IMG/VR virus record: IMGVR_UViG_3300031993_000045
Coordinates: 21,237-85,236 of that record
Reading direction: 5' to 3' (one strand)
Length of the DNA stretch: 64,000 nucleotides
From: a virus
Taxonomy: Duplodnaviria; Caudoviricetes
Shown in pieces: positions 38,885 through 52,449 of the stretch. The notes under the pieces are model-generated. The model ran no database searches, was not told where the DNA came from, and saw only the letters and a list, made by a program, of their open reading frames with translations. Made by a program: the position numbers and the translations under genes. The first letter of the stretch is position 1; every line of letters starts with the position of its first letter.

Positions 38885-41800
38885 ATGATTAATGTTGGAA
38901 ATATTCAGGTAAGAGAAGGAGCAGCTATACCTAAAGCCCAACATGGTACAATGACAAAGGGTCTTGCCCCTGCTGATTACAACATTGGCATAGACCCTCT
39001 CGTTGGCCCTTGGGAAAGTCTTTCTGATCTTGAGGCTTACATGATCAGTTCAGGCAGAAAAGACAAACAAGGCAATCCTCTCTTTATTAATGGTCAAGAG
39101 ACTACGATAGTAGGCTCTGATGGTGTGCCACACAAGTACATCAGATCTAATGGTGCTTGGGCTGCTATGAACTATTCTGGTAGTGGCGGCGAAGTAAACA
39201 TCGACGGTCTTACAAGACGTGTTGCAGCTCTTGAGGCAGCAGAATCTGATGAAGTACAATATGATGAAAATCTTAATGTACATCTCGGCTCTGCTATCAC
39301 AACAGATGCTTTTTAGGCAGTAGGTGGTGGTGCAGGAGTACACATTACAGGTGCAAGAGCGTTTGGTTTTGGTAGTGGTTTAGTCACTGCTTATCTTACT
39401 AGTACAGAGAATGCTAATGAATATAGCATGATGCTTCATAGCACTAGTAGTTATGCGTATATAAACATGCACGGTGCGAATATTGCGCAAACACATGTCA
39501 ACAGTTATTTGATAGCTAGTGGAGACGGCCTTCAACCAGCTGCGAAAATTCTTACCATTACATACAATGGAGCAAACACTCCGATGACAATCACCACAGA
39601 CACAGATTTAGGTGAATTGAGCTCTGCAGCATATGGTCTAGAAAATGTAGCTGGAACAAAAACATTCTCTACAGGAATCTTTGGAAACACCGGACTTTGG
39701 TCAGTAGCTATCGGTTATGCAAACTATAACACAGCTGACTATTCTTAGATCATAGGAACAAACAACGATAACAATAAGACGTATTCTTATTTGATCGGAA
39801 CTGCAAATGTAAATACAGCAGATTATTCAACTCTTATTGGTTACAACAACAAAGCCGTTACAGGTACTTATTCAACGGTTGTGGGCACAAACAACACGCT
39901 GAATAAAACAGGATACGTGTTTGGTCAGGGCAATACTGTCGGTGCTAACAACAAAGGTGCCGTAATTCTCGGCCATAGTAATACTGTTGATACAAACAAC
40001 GGAAGCGGATTCTTGTTTGGATCACATTTGACATGTACCAGCAGTCGCGGAAGTTATTATATCGGTCAATACAATAAAGAATACATCAGTATATACGCTG
40101 CTATCGCAAACTTGTTTGCTGTAAGTATAGGTGATCAAAACAATCCTACAAACGCTTTAGAGGTTAAGGGTAATGGTGACGTATATATTTATGGCGCTGG
40201 CGGATTCACTGGAGCTAATAGTGATAGTGAGAGTGTAAAACCTATACATTCCGTGCTTGCAGCACTTGATACAAAAGCATCTGCTGTAAGTCATGTTTCT
40301 GGAGAAGGCTATAGCATCGGTACAGGAAATAGCGCAACTGGAGAGAATGCTTTTGCTACAGGTAAAGACACTCTTGCTGCAGGCGATTATTCTAGATCTG
40401 AAGGCAGAGGTCGTAGGATTACATTAGAATTGTACGGAGACACTGCTGCTGATAGTTATGAAATAAAACTCAGCGGAGCAGTTCCAGTAGGAATGAATCT
40501 GTTCATGGATTGCACATCTGAATATAATGAAGTTTGCAATAAGACTCTCGATGATCTCGGAGAGGTAACTGATTGCACGGAAATAACTGCAGAAATGCAG
40601 ACGGATCCTAACAGTCCTTATTATGATTCACACGCTCATCAGTATGGCCCTTCTTACTACCTTGTAACTGTATCTAATTATCCACAAGCAGTAACTGCAT
40701 ATGATGCGTATGATGCAGAAATTTATTTGTATTATATGACAGGTGCATATGGAGATTATTCTCACATTGAAGGAGATGGAACTGTTGCTATCAACGACTA
40801 TGAGACAGTGGTTGGACAATATAACAATCCTGTAGAAGGCGCACTGTTTACTGTCGGAAGCGGATACTCTTCATCACAACCAGAAAATGCATTTCTCGTA
40901 AGCAGTTCTGGTAATGTTTATATAAATGGTGTTGGTGGATATGAAGGAGGCGACTTTTCTTCAGCAACTCCTATAAACAATATGATCAATGTAGACACCA
41001 CAAATCATACTACGATACTGGGCAATGCTCAGCAAATACGCTATGGTTTTGGTTATGGTGGTGCTACGGATACAACGATCATCGGAAATCCTACAGCGGT
41101 AAGTGGAGGATACAATGGTCTTGAAAAGGTTACATATATCGGTACAGGTGGAACACTTAGCGCTAATAATATAACAAGAGTAGGAAACGGATTTGTGACA
41201 ATGACCGAAGACGACCAGTGTGTTATAGGAAACTTAGACGGAAACGGCGGTACTGGTGGTCAAAGCGGAAAGTTGGTATTATTGACAGGACCTTCTGGTG
41301 GAGCGTTCAATAATGGTCCAGGTATTCCAAATGATTCTGTTATTGCATTTAATTTAGCAAGCGCATTGTCTGGTGGTACAAGTACTGTACAAGTGCTTGA
41401 GTATACCGAAAACAATCAAAGTAAGGTTCAGTACTTTGTAAAAGACATGGGATTTGTTGGTAGCGGAACACCGTTATACACAGATCATACCGGCAGTAAT
41501 TATAACGAAACCAATCTCGACCTTAAAACGTATATAAAAATTCTTCTTACTAAAGACGAATGGGAATCTGTAAGTGCGGACAATTCTGGAGCTGTTACGA
41601 TAGACTCATTATCTCCTTACAAACACTACGAAATCAGCGGTACTCACGGCTTATCAAGTATTACAATTTCTGCGTTCGGGTATACTAGAGCTACAAGAAT
41701 GCATGATTATTATATTGCGTTCACGACAGGTACTACAGCACCTACACTGACACTGCCGGTATCTCCTGCAATAAGGTGGAAAGACGGAGATGATTTGACT

Positions 41801-41902
41801 ACAAATATATAGGCTAGTACAACATATCTGGTTCATTTCAGAGTAGCCAGTGGTTATTACGGACCATAGATAATATATGCTTCGTATGAGGCGTATTCTT
41901 AA
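38885..41902 (+). CDS. tail fibre/receptor-binding protein with YadA-head-like repeats (1005 aa, 4 TAG=Gln)
   Basis: three track ORFs in one frame; about 14-residue S-x-x-IG-x-x-N repeats; TAA at 41900. Confidence 0.75.
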
Positions 41903-41919
41903 TTTAAGGGTTGATACTT

Positions 41920-42351
41920 ATGGATATATTAGTTAAACGAGTTGCAAAAAGAGAAACATATACTATAGGCAAATTATACATAGACGGCAAATATTACTGT
42001 GATACAGTAGAAGATAAAGATCGCGGTCTTAAAGATTCTATGACTGTAGAAGATATAAAAGCTTAGAAAGTATATGGCAAAACAGCAATACCAACTGGTA
42101 CGTATTCTGTTTCTTACACAATGAGTAACAAGTTCAAGAAAATGATGCCTCTGATCAACAATGTAAAAGGTTTTGAAGGCATTAGAATCCATTCAGGTAA
42201 TACTGCTGACGATTCTCTTGGATGTATTATTCTTGGAGAAAACAAGGTTACAGGCAAGGTGCTTAACAGTAGAGCTACGTGCGAAAAGGTATACAAGCTA
42301 ATTGAAGCTGCTGTAGGAAAAGGTGAAAAAGTCACCATACATATTCAATGA
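41920..42351 (+). CDS. DUF5675-like protein (L,D-transpeptidase-type motif), candidate endolysin (143 aa, 1 TAG=Gln)
   Basis: YTIGKLYIDG..YCDTVED, TAIPTGTY, IRIHSGNTADDSLGCIILG; directly upstream of the holin. Confidence 0.75.
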
Positions 42352-42872
42352 AAGATATATTAGTCTCAGTAGGAAACATGCTAAGTGCTGCAACACACAA
42401 TAGCTTCTTTGGTAAAATAGCAATATCAATAGGAGCTTTTGCTACAGCATATTTTACCCCGATAATAGGATTATTATTCGCCTGTTTTATGTGTACAATA
42501 GTGGACTTGCTTTATGGTCTCAAAGTCGCTAGAAAGGCTGGAAAAAAGTTAACAAGCAGTAAGAGTTGGACGGGTACTCTTAGCAAAATTAGAGATGAGT
42601 TTACAATTATCACACTCGGACACTTGATAGAACACGTAATAGGTGGTGCTGCCAGCATAACACTCTTATCCGGTGGAGCTACCGTATTAATCTGTTTAAC
42701 AGAATTGTGGTCTATACTTGAGAATCTTAATACGCTTAATCCGGACGGACCTTGGCGTATATTAAGCGGGTTCCTTAAATAGAAAGGAGAAGCGTATACA
42801 GGTGTGAATTTAAAAATAGATAAAGATGGCAAACTTGATATTGAAGCTGGTGAAACAGCTAAAGAATCATAA
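42348..42872 (+). CDS. holin (phage holin 4-1/TcdE-like; 174 aa, 1 TAG=Gln)
   Basis: three hydrophobic segments, TELWSILENL motif, charged C-terminal tail after the TAG. Confidence 0.75.
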
Positions 42873-43485
42873 AAGGCTTGCCGCAGAGCTCGTTTTAGGC
42901 CTTCTGCTGGCTTTGTCTGTAGGTTATGGAACAATTGTCCACAACAACAACAAAAAGCTGTCAGAGAGCCTAGAATTGGCTCAGAATAACATAGAGGCCT
43001 ATTAGGATATCGTAAACGATTCCTAGTAGGCCCTTTGTGTTTTAAAGCTGGATATGACGAAATTATCAGAGAGTAAAGACAAACTGATACAAGAATTAGA
43101 TAGTGTTAGAAAAGAAAATAAGATAAAAGCGTCTGGTTTAGAAACTGCGGCAACCCAAACACAATCTTTACTCGTTAGTAGTAATAAGGGGGTATAGGGG
43201 GATCTAGTAGAAATACTAGTAGATGATGTATATGAGGATAGTATAAAGTATAACGATCTCACTAGTGTGTACTACTGTATATCTAGAGATTCAGTACAGA
43301 TGACTATAGATATGAAGAACACCCAGTACCTTTATACTTATAAAACAAGAGAGTATAAGAATAAAAAGAATTTCTTAAAGAGATTATTTACATTAGATTT
43401 TAAGAAAGTAGACAGATATAAGTATACTATAGTTAATACTAATGATCTACTTAAAGAATCAGATATAAGAATAATACAGAAATAA
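42826..43485 (+). CDS. putative inner-membrane spanin (Rz-like; 219 aa, 4 TAG=Gln)
   Basis: N-terminal TM LVLGLLLALSVGYGTIV then coiled coil; tandem TAGTAG at 43024-43029. Confidence 0.65.
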
Positions 43486-43486
43486 T

Positions 43487-44194
43487 ATGAACATGTTTTC
43501 GCTTCGTACTGTAATAGATGATATACTTCTATTAGTACGCAACAACAATATTAGCGAAAGTGAAGACTTATCAAGAGCGCAGATTGCGTAGTGGGTTCTT
43601 GCTTACAGAGAGGCGTTGATCAAGGCTAAGAGAGATGCTGAAAACGAGTAGGGTGCAGAAGATGAAACTGCATTAAGCCAGCTCGTGTGTGCAAGAGGAC
43701 CTTTAGAGCTTCAAGACGAACAGTCTCTTGATGAAACGCCACTTTTTCGTAAAAGAACAAAGGAGAAGATTCCACAGTTGGTTGATAAGGACCCACGCAA
43801 TCTCTTCAGTGTTCATGACCAAATTGGTCAACCTATACAGGAGATGGGAGAACAACGTAGATTCTTCCATTATTCTAGAAAATATACAGGTGGAGATTTG
43901 ACTTATTGGTACGAGAACGACGAGAACGGTGATGGTTATATTTACATATCAGGAACCGTTGATAAAAACGAATTAAGATATATATGGATAGAAGGTCTGT
44001 TCTCTTTCAACGATGATGAAGCGGTAGATGAAGATGAGGTAAATATTCCAGGCTGGATGTTACCAGACATCAAGAACAACATACTTAACCGTGAGTTAGC
44101 ATTCATGCTTAACAGAATCAGCGATGACGATAACAATTCTACACTTGACGGAATTAAACCACAGGCGCAAGCCGTAACTCCAAATGAGAAGTAA
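43487..44194 (+). CDS. putative ring protein (235 aa, 2 TAG=Gln)
   Basis: SLRTVIDDILLLVRNNNISESEDLSRAQI start; in frame with the track ORF at 43685. Confidence 0.7.
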
Positions 44195-44639
44195 AAAATC
44201 AGCTACAATAATTGACATGTACAAATAGTACAGGAAAGATTATAAGGATGACGTAGATTACAAATAGTTCAAATAGATTCTTGATTTATTTAACAACTGT
44301 GTGTTAGACTGTTTGTTGGAGAGCTCAGAAGGTTTTAAAATGCCTTTTGGGCTCGGTTACGTTTAGATAGTTAAGTATAAACCCAAGTCTATGACGCCTA
44401 AATCGTTGTCTGTAGACTATAAATCGTCTGCAGAATATGGCAAGACTATTTATCATCTAAACGAACATTCTGACGGATATAAGTACAGGCTGTACTGGTC
44501 AAAGACTCCACAGACATTTCCAGATAGATACAGATATCAATTGCAATTAGTACGTCAAAACAAACGTCGATTAGCGTAGCTCATATTCAATAATCACGAT
44601 TATATTAATATAGATGATATACAAATATACAAAATGTGA
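44184..44639 (+). CDS. IHF/HU-like protein (151 aa, 5 TAG=Gln)
   Basis: FKMPFGLGYV(Q)IVKYKP HU-like arm, HLNEHSDGYKYRLYW; nearly invisible in the standard code. Confidence 0.65.
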
Positions 44640-45522
44640 GCCGGTTATAGCGAAAATCATGGCCGACGCGTAGCTTGGAGAATACAAGTTTCGTGTTACT
44701 GACATAAAGGAATGGATCTTCGAAGCTATAGAAAAAATAGGAGCTCCTATGCAATACATCTAGAGAGAGTCTGGAGTTGACGGCTGTCCTGTATTACCTA
44801 TATGCGAAGGACAAGTTCCAATCCCATCAGATTTGCACAGGCTATCAACCGTTGCTTATTCGCCAAATAAACGAGGACCATGGGTTCCTGTTAGAACTAG
44901 TGACAGTTCTTTTAAACAGCATTAGTTCCCGAAGCATCATCCGCATCCAATTCCAGAAGGATATCCTCTAGACAATGCCGATAAACAACCAGATCCACCA
45001 GTACCTCAGCATACTATTACATCAAACTGTCAATTGTATGGTATTAACACTATGAAGTATGTGGATAGGATACTTGGTGATGGTAGACTTGAAGATCCTG
45101 TCTTCTTTATCAAACCAGGATGGATTGTGATAAATAGAAGGAAAGGATTCATTAAGCTTGCATATAGTGCGATCGCTACTGACGAAAGAGGTTATCCTCT
45201 TATTCCAGATAGTGCTTCTTATCAGGAAGCTATATATTGGTATGTGATGATGAAGTTAAGTTTTCCTAAGTTCTTAAAAGGAACATTGGGTAGTCCTAAA
45301 GCTCCTAGAGCAGGATCTGAAATATATTCATATTTACAGCACCAATGGAACTTCTATAGAAACCAAGCTTATGCAGAGGCTATGATGCCAACAGAAAGCG
45401 AGATGAGAAGCATCAAAGATGAGTGGAATAAATTAGTTCCAGACTATAACTCAGATGAAGTATTCTTCAAGAGTGAAGGTGAGAAACAATTAAATTATAC
45501 AGATTATTACTATGGCTACTAA
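44614..45522 (+). CDS. putative ring/tail tubular protein (302 aa, 3 TAG=Gln)
   Basis: VTDIKEWIFEAIEKIGA; PLIPDSASYQEAIYWYV; P22 gp4-like by synteny. Confidence 0.65.
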
Positions 45523-48500
45523 TTAGAACAACATACATATTAATTCATTCTCCAAGGGAATGAATACGGACACATCGTTTGATATGGTTGGAAATGAATA
45601 GTATGTGTTCGGTTAGAATATTAGGATTACAGCCAACGCTCTTTTACAGGGCGCTATTGATTCCAACAACAAAGAAGGGATTGTTACTCCAGTGCCATCA
45701 GGACAATCTGGTCACGGTACATTTGATTCACAAGTGTACTACTCAATACTTGCAATTTCATCATTAGGAAACGTAGGTGCAATAATAGTTAAAGACAACC
45801 GATCTTATTGGTACATATACAGGGTACTTTGCGAAGACGATCAGTTGACGTTTGAAAAGATATTTAATTCTACCAAGACTACGAGCAAAGACAAGTTCTC
45901 AACGGTAATAAACCAAGAGCTAGACAAAGTTGTCAAATTATATATAGCAGATGGTGAACACGAGATAATGTCTATCAATCTTCTCGAAGATGTAGAACAC
46001 AATTTACTTCTTTCAGAAGGCGACTTGATAAACAATAAATATTTTCCAGCAGACCCAGTTAGGATCAACGAGAAGATTTCTGGTACGCTTCATACAGGTC
46101 AGGTACAATATACTTACAGATTCTATAATAAGTATGGCGTATGTAGCAAGATGGCTCCTCTGACGAACAAGATTCAGGTAATCGACCCAAGCAGATCCAA
46201 GGAGATTGGTAACGCAGAAGATACACAGACTACAATAGGATTCCAACTTCTGATTAATTATCCTACAGATGCAAGGAATGTTTTTGGTTATATACAGATA
46301 TACAGACTGCTTTACACAAAACCAAACACAGATGCTAAAGTAGATTTGATATATGATTCAAAGATTTCCGGTACAGACGCCATCAAGATTAATGATGGAG
46401 GTTTGGAATCCATACAAGAGTTGTCTATACAAGAGTTTGCTGCTCTTGACACAATAGACATAAAACCTAATTGTATCGAACAAAATCAGAATTATCTATT
46501 TGCTGCAGGTATTACTGATGAAACAAGATATAGGGCTGACAGTAAACAGTTTGATGCCAGAGCTTATCAGTATTCTGTAGGCAATGACGCCAAAGGTGAT
46601 AAGATAATCCTGTACGAAAATCACGACACTACTTATAAAACGCCTTAGGAATTTGACTCTCCGGAAAACGTCACCGAGAATTACACTCTCAACAAATACG
46701 TCGATATGACTATTGATGATGTTGAGAATCCTTGCAAGGTAGATAAGGATGGTTATTTTGGAGGTACCGGTAAGAATGTATCTTGGAGATTTATCACTAC
46801 TGAGATTCCTCTCGATAGTATAAATGAAGATAAGCACGACACTCCTCCTAGTTTTGAATTTGGCAGTACTTCACAAGTGTACTGGTTGAAGGTTAATCAA
46901 GTAGGAGAAGCTGTAACGGAGGATGCTGGTATCACAACCGACGAGGTATTTGAAGATCACAATGTCTGTATTCCAAACAAACTTGGTTACGATGATATCT
47001 TTACTTCTAGTATCTTTAGAACACTTAAACGCGATGAAGTATATAGATATGGTATCGTACTATACGATAGGAACGGTAGACGCAGCGATGTACAATGGAT
47101 TGCAGACATAAAGACTCCTTCGGAGAAAGAATTTCCATCTACAACTTCGTCTAGTACCAGTAGTTTTATCGAGCAGAATGAATATTCTTGGACTCCACAA
47201 CGCTACGTGTACACGAGATTAAAAAAGAACGAATACGCTGGTAGTGGCGGATCTTCAATACTTGGTCAAGAGTATGAATACGAATATCATAGATACGGAC
47301 AATTAGTTACAATAAACGGAGATCGTTCGCATCAGTTTACTGTACAAAGTGAGAATGACAGAATAAGTGTCAAGGTTGATGAAAATTCTTTGTGTTACGG
47401 AACAATACATTTTGCTACACAAGAACCAGTAGACGGTGGCTCTCAGTGGATGACACGTATTATAGATGTACCGCTTGACGGAGTTGAAATAAAAAACTTT
47501 TGTACGTACATAAATCAATTTGTAAGACGTAATTTTAATCATGAGGACACTATCGTTACTGACAGTTCCAAGATTACAGTACAAATGAGGGCTAATCGTG
47601 TAGGAAATGTCGAAGATGTAAATCTTAAAGGAGCATGGATAGATATAACTCTTAATGAAGCAAGTGATTTTAAATACGTAAGTATTGATGGATTTGAAAT
47701 CAATCCTGTAATAAAAGCAATTGTATCAAGATACTCTGACAAGAATACAAATACTTAGAATGTATATGCGAGACCAATCGGTATACAATTCGACGTTAGG
47801 TTTGAACAAGATTCCGACATTGCTTCTTACCAAATCGTAAGATGCGCAAAAACTGCATCGTATACTAAGAACCTGATGCAATGTGTTACATCTCGTCCTA
47901 ATCGACAAAGAATGTATTCAACGTCTTCAACGTCTATCAAGTATTCTCCATATTATCCTACACCATTCCTAACATCCGATTACGTACACACTGTATACAG
48001 GTTGGGTAAGGAAGATATATATGTTAGTACAGCATTAGAGGCTGGCAGCAACGATGCGTATTTCATATCTGACAATGTTGAGAACAGAGAGTTGTTTTAG
48101 ATATTCTCTCCTGAGATACAAATATCTCAAGAAGATTCTATATCTAAGCTACAATCATACATATCAAAAGTACATCCAGTAATGTTCCTTTCTGGTCTTA
48201 CTGTTTCAGAAATGGACGCTTTGATCAAGGATAGTGGTTCTAGTATGTGTATGAGACAGATGAACAACGTTCCTAACGGAGGCGACCTACAAGATGTAAC
48301 ATTTGTACGTGGTTATACCAAAGGTGCAGATGCTAACTGGAGTGAGGAATACGATAAACAATACCTGTCTTTTGTATTTAAATGTTATGACCAAGAATTT
48401 GTAAATTACGAAGATAAGCAGATTCAAGATGTCCAAAATGTTGCCAACCCAACTTGGGAGCAAGGTTTTAGTAATATAAACATCAGCGGTGAAGATGTTG

Positions 48501-50278
48501 TGTCTGGTGTAAAACAGTACAAGAGTTTCTCAGCTTCAATATACTCTTATGAGTATGTTAACTGGATCTGTAACGGAATGTATGATATTAAGATCTCTCC
48601 TAGCACTAGCCAACAGCAAGGAATAAACGACAGCTATAACTGTGCTATAATGGATTATAAACACAGGGGAGATGAAAGACACGATGCTGCTAAAGGCTGG
48701 ATTGGTCCAGGCCCTAAGTGTTTCGTAATGAAAGTAAACAACGACGATGTTGATTTCATGACGAACCTTGGAAAATACAACGATTCCATTTTAAGCTCTA
48801 GAGACGCAATGGCAACTTGCCTTGTGAATATCACACACGTTCCTTCTCAATACGCAGGTCTTACAGAAGAAGAGCGACAATATGACATATATTACGGATT
48901 CGGTAATATAAAGAAGGTTGATGGTAAACCATACAACGTGTTTGACGGAGATGCATACATAACTCCTTGTGAGATAATGTCAATGTATAAAGCATATGAC
49001 TTTAATTCATTTGACACACTTCCTTCTTGTCAGATCGTTTATTATGTTCCGATGGAGTCTTCAATCAATACGTACTTTGATTACGGAATGTGTTATAAGA
49101 ATACACAATCAAAGAATGTGCAGATTGAGCCAGGTGAGATAACAGGTGTTGTAAGTCAGGCTAGACCTGAACACCAGTATAATCTTATTTACTCTGACAA
49201 CAACGTTAGTAACGACATATACAACGTACAGTCTCTTGAAGATCCTCAGTTGACATTCCCGCAGAGAATACATTACTCACAGCTGAAAACTAACGGTGAG
49301 TTGATCGACAACTGGCAGATGTTCAAGCCACTTGATTATATCGATGCTGACACTAGGTACGGAGATATTACAAACCTTCTTACCAACAAAGAGACTATAT
49401 ACTTCTGGTAGAAACAGGCGTTTGGTAAACTGTCAGTAAACGAACGTTCTCTTGTCACAGACAATAATAGCAATACTGTACAGCTTGGTCAAGGTGGTGT
49501 GCTTCAGCGTACTGACTACATTAACACAAGGTACGGAATGAGGTCGCAAGACTATTCTGCAATCTCCGCCGAAGGTTCTATTTACTGGATAGACATTGTT
49601 AACAAGGCTATACTTATGTCAAACGGACAGGCGGTTGTTAACATTGGAGAGCAGACAAATGTACAGAGTTGTATAAATAAATACATTACAGACGACATTC
49701 CTACAATACATTACGATTTGTAGAACAACGAATTGCTTTGTAAATGTCTTGGTGGAAAACAGATGGTGTTTAATGTAAAGATGAACATTGCTACATCAAT
49801 ATACGATAGACAGTATGAAGACATGATTATGTTTAATAATGTGCTTTACGGTATATATGTAGATGAACGCCAGATACTCAAATACAATTATTTGTCTGAC
49901 AAAGAAGACGATTTGATACAATATAACGAACCTACTAAATTGGAGTTCGTAGTAAATCCATCGGCAAGTATAACAAAGGTGTTTGATAATCAGGAGATTG
50001 TCACAATGCAAAGAGGTGGTGACTACAATAACCTACCTGACTATTTCGACGGTAAACAATTCTCATTCACTACGAATATTCTGGACACTGTGGATAAAAA
50101 TCCTGAAGGATATACAGACAGAGAGGGTAACGTTAGATATGCGATACCTAGATATGCAGAAGATTACGGAAATAGAATAAGAGGTAAATGGATGAAAGTT
50201 GATATAGAAGATAGCAAACCTAGATACGAACACTCTATATCACACGTAATCACTAAATTCAGACAATCATTTAGTTAA
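45512..50278 (+). CDS. tail stabilisation/muzzle protein (1588 aa, 8 TAG=Gln)
   Basis: NSFSKGMNTD start, FKRDEVYRYGIVLYD, YIDADTRYGDITNL, RIRGKWMKV; six track ORFs in one frame. Confidence 0.75.
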
Positions 50279-50280
50279 TT

Positions 50281-52449
50281 ATGAAAGGTATAAATTATAA
50301 CAAATTAAAAAGGTTTGATATCGGAACTAAACCAACTAATCCAGGTTATCAAACTAACACTAGTGTTGTTGACACTAGCTCGTTTGCATCAACTCCAGGA
50401 TACGATATGTCCGGAGATGTGCAAGCCCAACAGAACAAATGGATGCCTACCGTTTTGTCTGGAGCATAGAATCTCGGAAACGTTGCTATGAATATAGCAA
50501 AAAACTATACTACAGAATCTGCTGCTGCAGCTAATGGAACAAAAGCAGGAATGAACGCTGCTGGTAAGGCTGCTGGTATTATAGGTTCTATATACGGTAC
50601 TGGTTCTATGATTAAAGACTTTGTAGATTTTAGTGATAGACTAAAAGGTACTGACATGCAGAACATGTCTTCCGAATCTTGGCAATCTAAGTATGGAGTT
50701 GGTTATAAAACATACAACGGATTTAATTAGAAACAGGTAGATGATTACACTGATGCACAAAACAAAGCAGGAATCTGGAGCTCTACTCTTAACGGTATGA
50801 GTGCAGGTGCATCGTTTGGTTCTCTGTTTAGTTATTTGGGAACAGCTATCGGAGGTGTTGCCGGAGGTCTTACCGGCCTTGTCGGTGGTTTGATAGGAGG
50901 AAGTAGTCGTAAAAGAAAGATTGAAGAGTCTAAGAACAATGTACTCGGAACACAGCTTGGATTTAACACACAGTCAGAGGGTGCTGCGGCTTCAGAAGGA
51001 AAGAGACGGTAGTTCTACGAAAATGCTGACGGCGGTAAAACTCCAGGACAGCCACTTGGAGGTAGTGGATATGGTATGATACAAACACCAAGTGGACCTA
51101 CTTATGGTAAGATCGAAGGATTAGCTTCTCCGGATGAAGGACAGATAGACATGACAACAGGAGAAACACAATATAACGGAAGTAAAAATATGAATGTAAA
51201 AGACAGACGAGCAGATGTAGTTCCTGTTGGTATTACTGGTTACGCTAACGGAGGAGCATTTGATTAGAACGTAGGTATTCCTGGTCATCAGATGGATATA
51301 AACGGTCGTACATTTGCTGACAACGCGAGACCTTTGTTCAAAGAGAACGAATAGCTTAAAGATGCTAGTAGAGCTATTGCTATACAACAAGAACAAAACG
51401 ATTCGCATAAAACAAGAAACAAGGCTACTCACGACTATATTGCAAATAAGTTAGACAAGATGCAGTAGAAGATCGAGCTTAGGAAGCAGGATAACGCACA
51501 AGCTATTGCTGATATTGTAAACAGACAAACAGCAGTTCTTAATGGTAATATGTATAGCTGTGGTAAGACGCCTAGATATTATGACGGTAAAGTTTTCACA
51601 TATGGACAGCTTACTGAACCATGGAAGTGGCAAAGTCCACTCAAGATGAACTATAATCCAATCACTCCAGAAAGTGCTGCAGAATACTTTAAACCTAAGA
51701 CAGGTTTATACGACGCTGTTCCTGTGCCACAACTAAAACAACCAAATTAGTTCATCAAGACTACTAAGCCGTCTACAACATCTGATGCAGACACAAATGC
51801 AACTGGTCCTGGTGAAGTATTTAATAGTATATTTGGTGTAACAGATTTGGGCGTAGGTCCAGGTTGGGGTGTTACGTCAGCACTTCCTTATTTGATTACG
51901 AGAAGTGCTAGAGCTAATGGTGCTACTCCTTATGCACAAAATTCGTTCGCACCAAACTTTACAGCACCCGCTGCGCTAAATGTACTCAGAAGCCTAAGAG
52001 ATAATACTGGCAACAAGCTTAGCAATCTACTTACTGCTAACAGGACAGGTCAGTATAATATTAAAAACGCAGGTGCGCTTTCTTCAGGATAGAGAGCAGC
52101 ACTGTTGTCTTCTAATAATCTTGCCCTCGCACAGGCTAAGAACGCTATATATGACGAGTCTAACAAGATTAATAACGGCTATCTTTCACAGTATGCTGGA
52201 TCACTGTTTAACTATGGTCAAGACTCTGCTAGCAGAATGCAACAAGATAACGCTTATCAACAAGAAGCTTATAGACAAGCTGTTGCATCTAAATATGCTA
52301 TGCAGGAACAGGCTGATAAGAACTGGTTCAATGTTACTCAACAGGGTATACGTGATTACAATACTATGAAAAATGCATTGGCTATGCATAATTTGTACAA
52401 CAGACAGCTCGCAATTGACGAGGAAGGTATAAGAAAGGGACTTGCATAA
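50281..52449 (+). CDS. putative cargo/ejection protein (722 aa, 8 TAG=Gln)
   Basis: Gly/Ala-rich hydrophobic segment GTAIGGVAGGLTGLVGGLIGG; seven track ORFs in one frame. Confidence 0.7.

Noticed and set aside
36280-41902. Diversity-generating retroelement acting on fibre genes
   Set aside because: No reverse transcriptase and no near-identical template/variable repeat pair seen in the window
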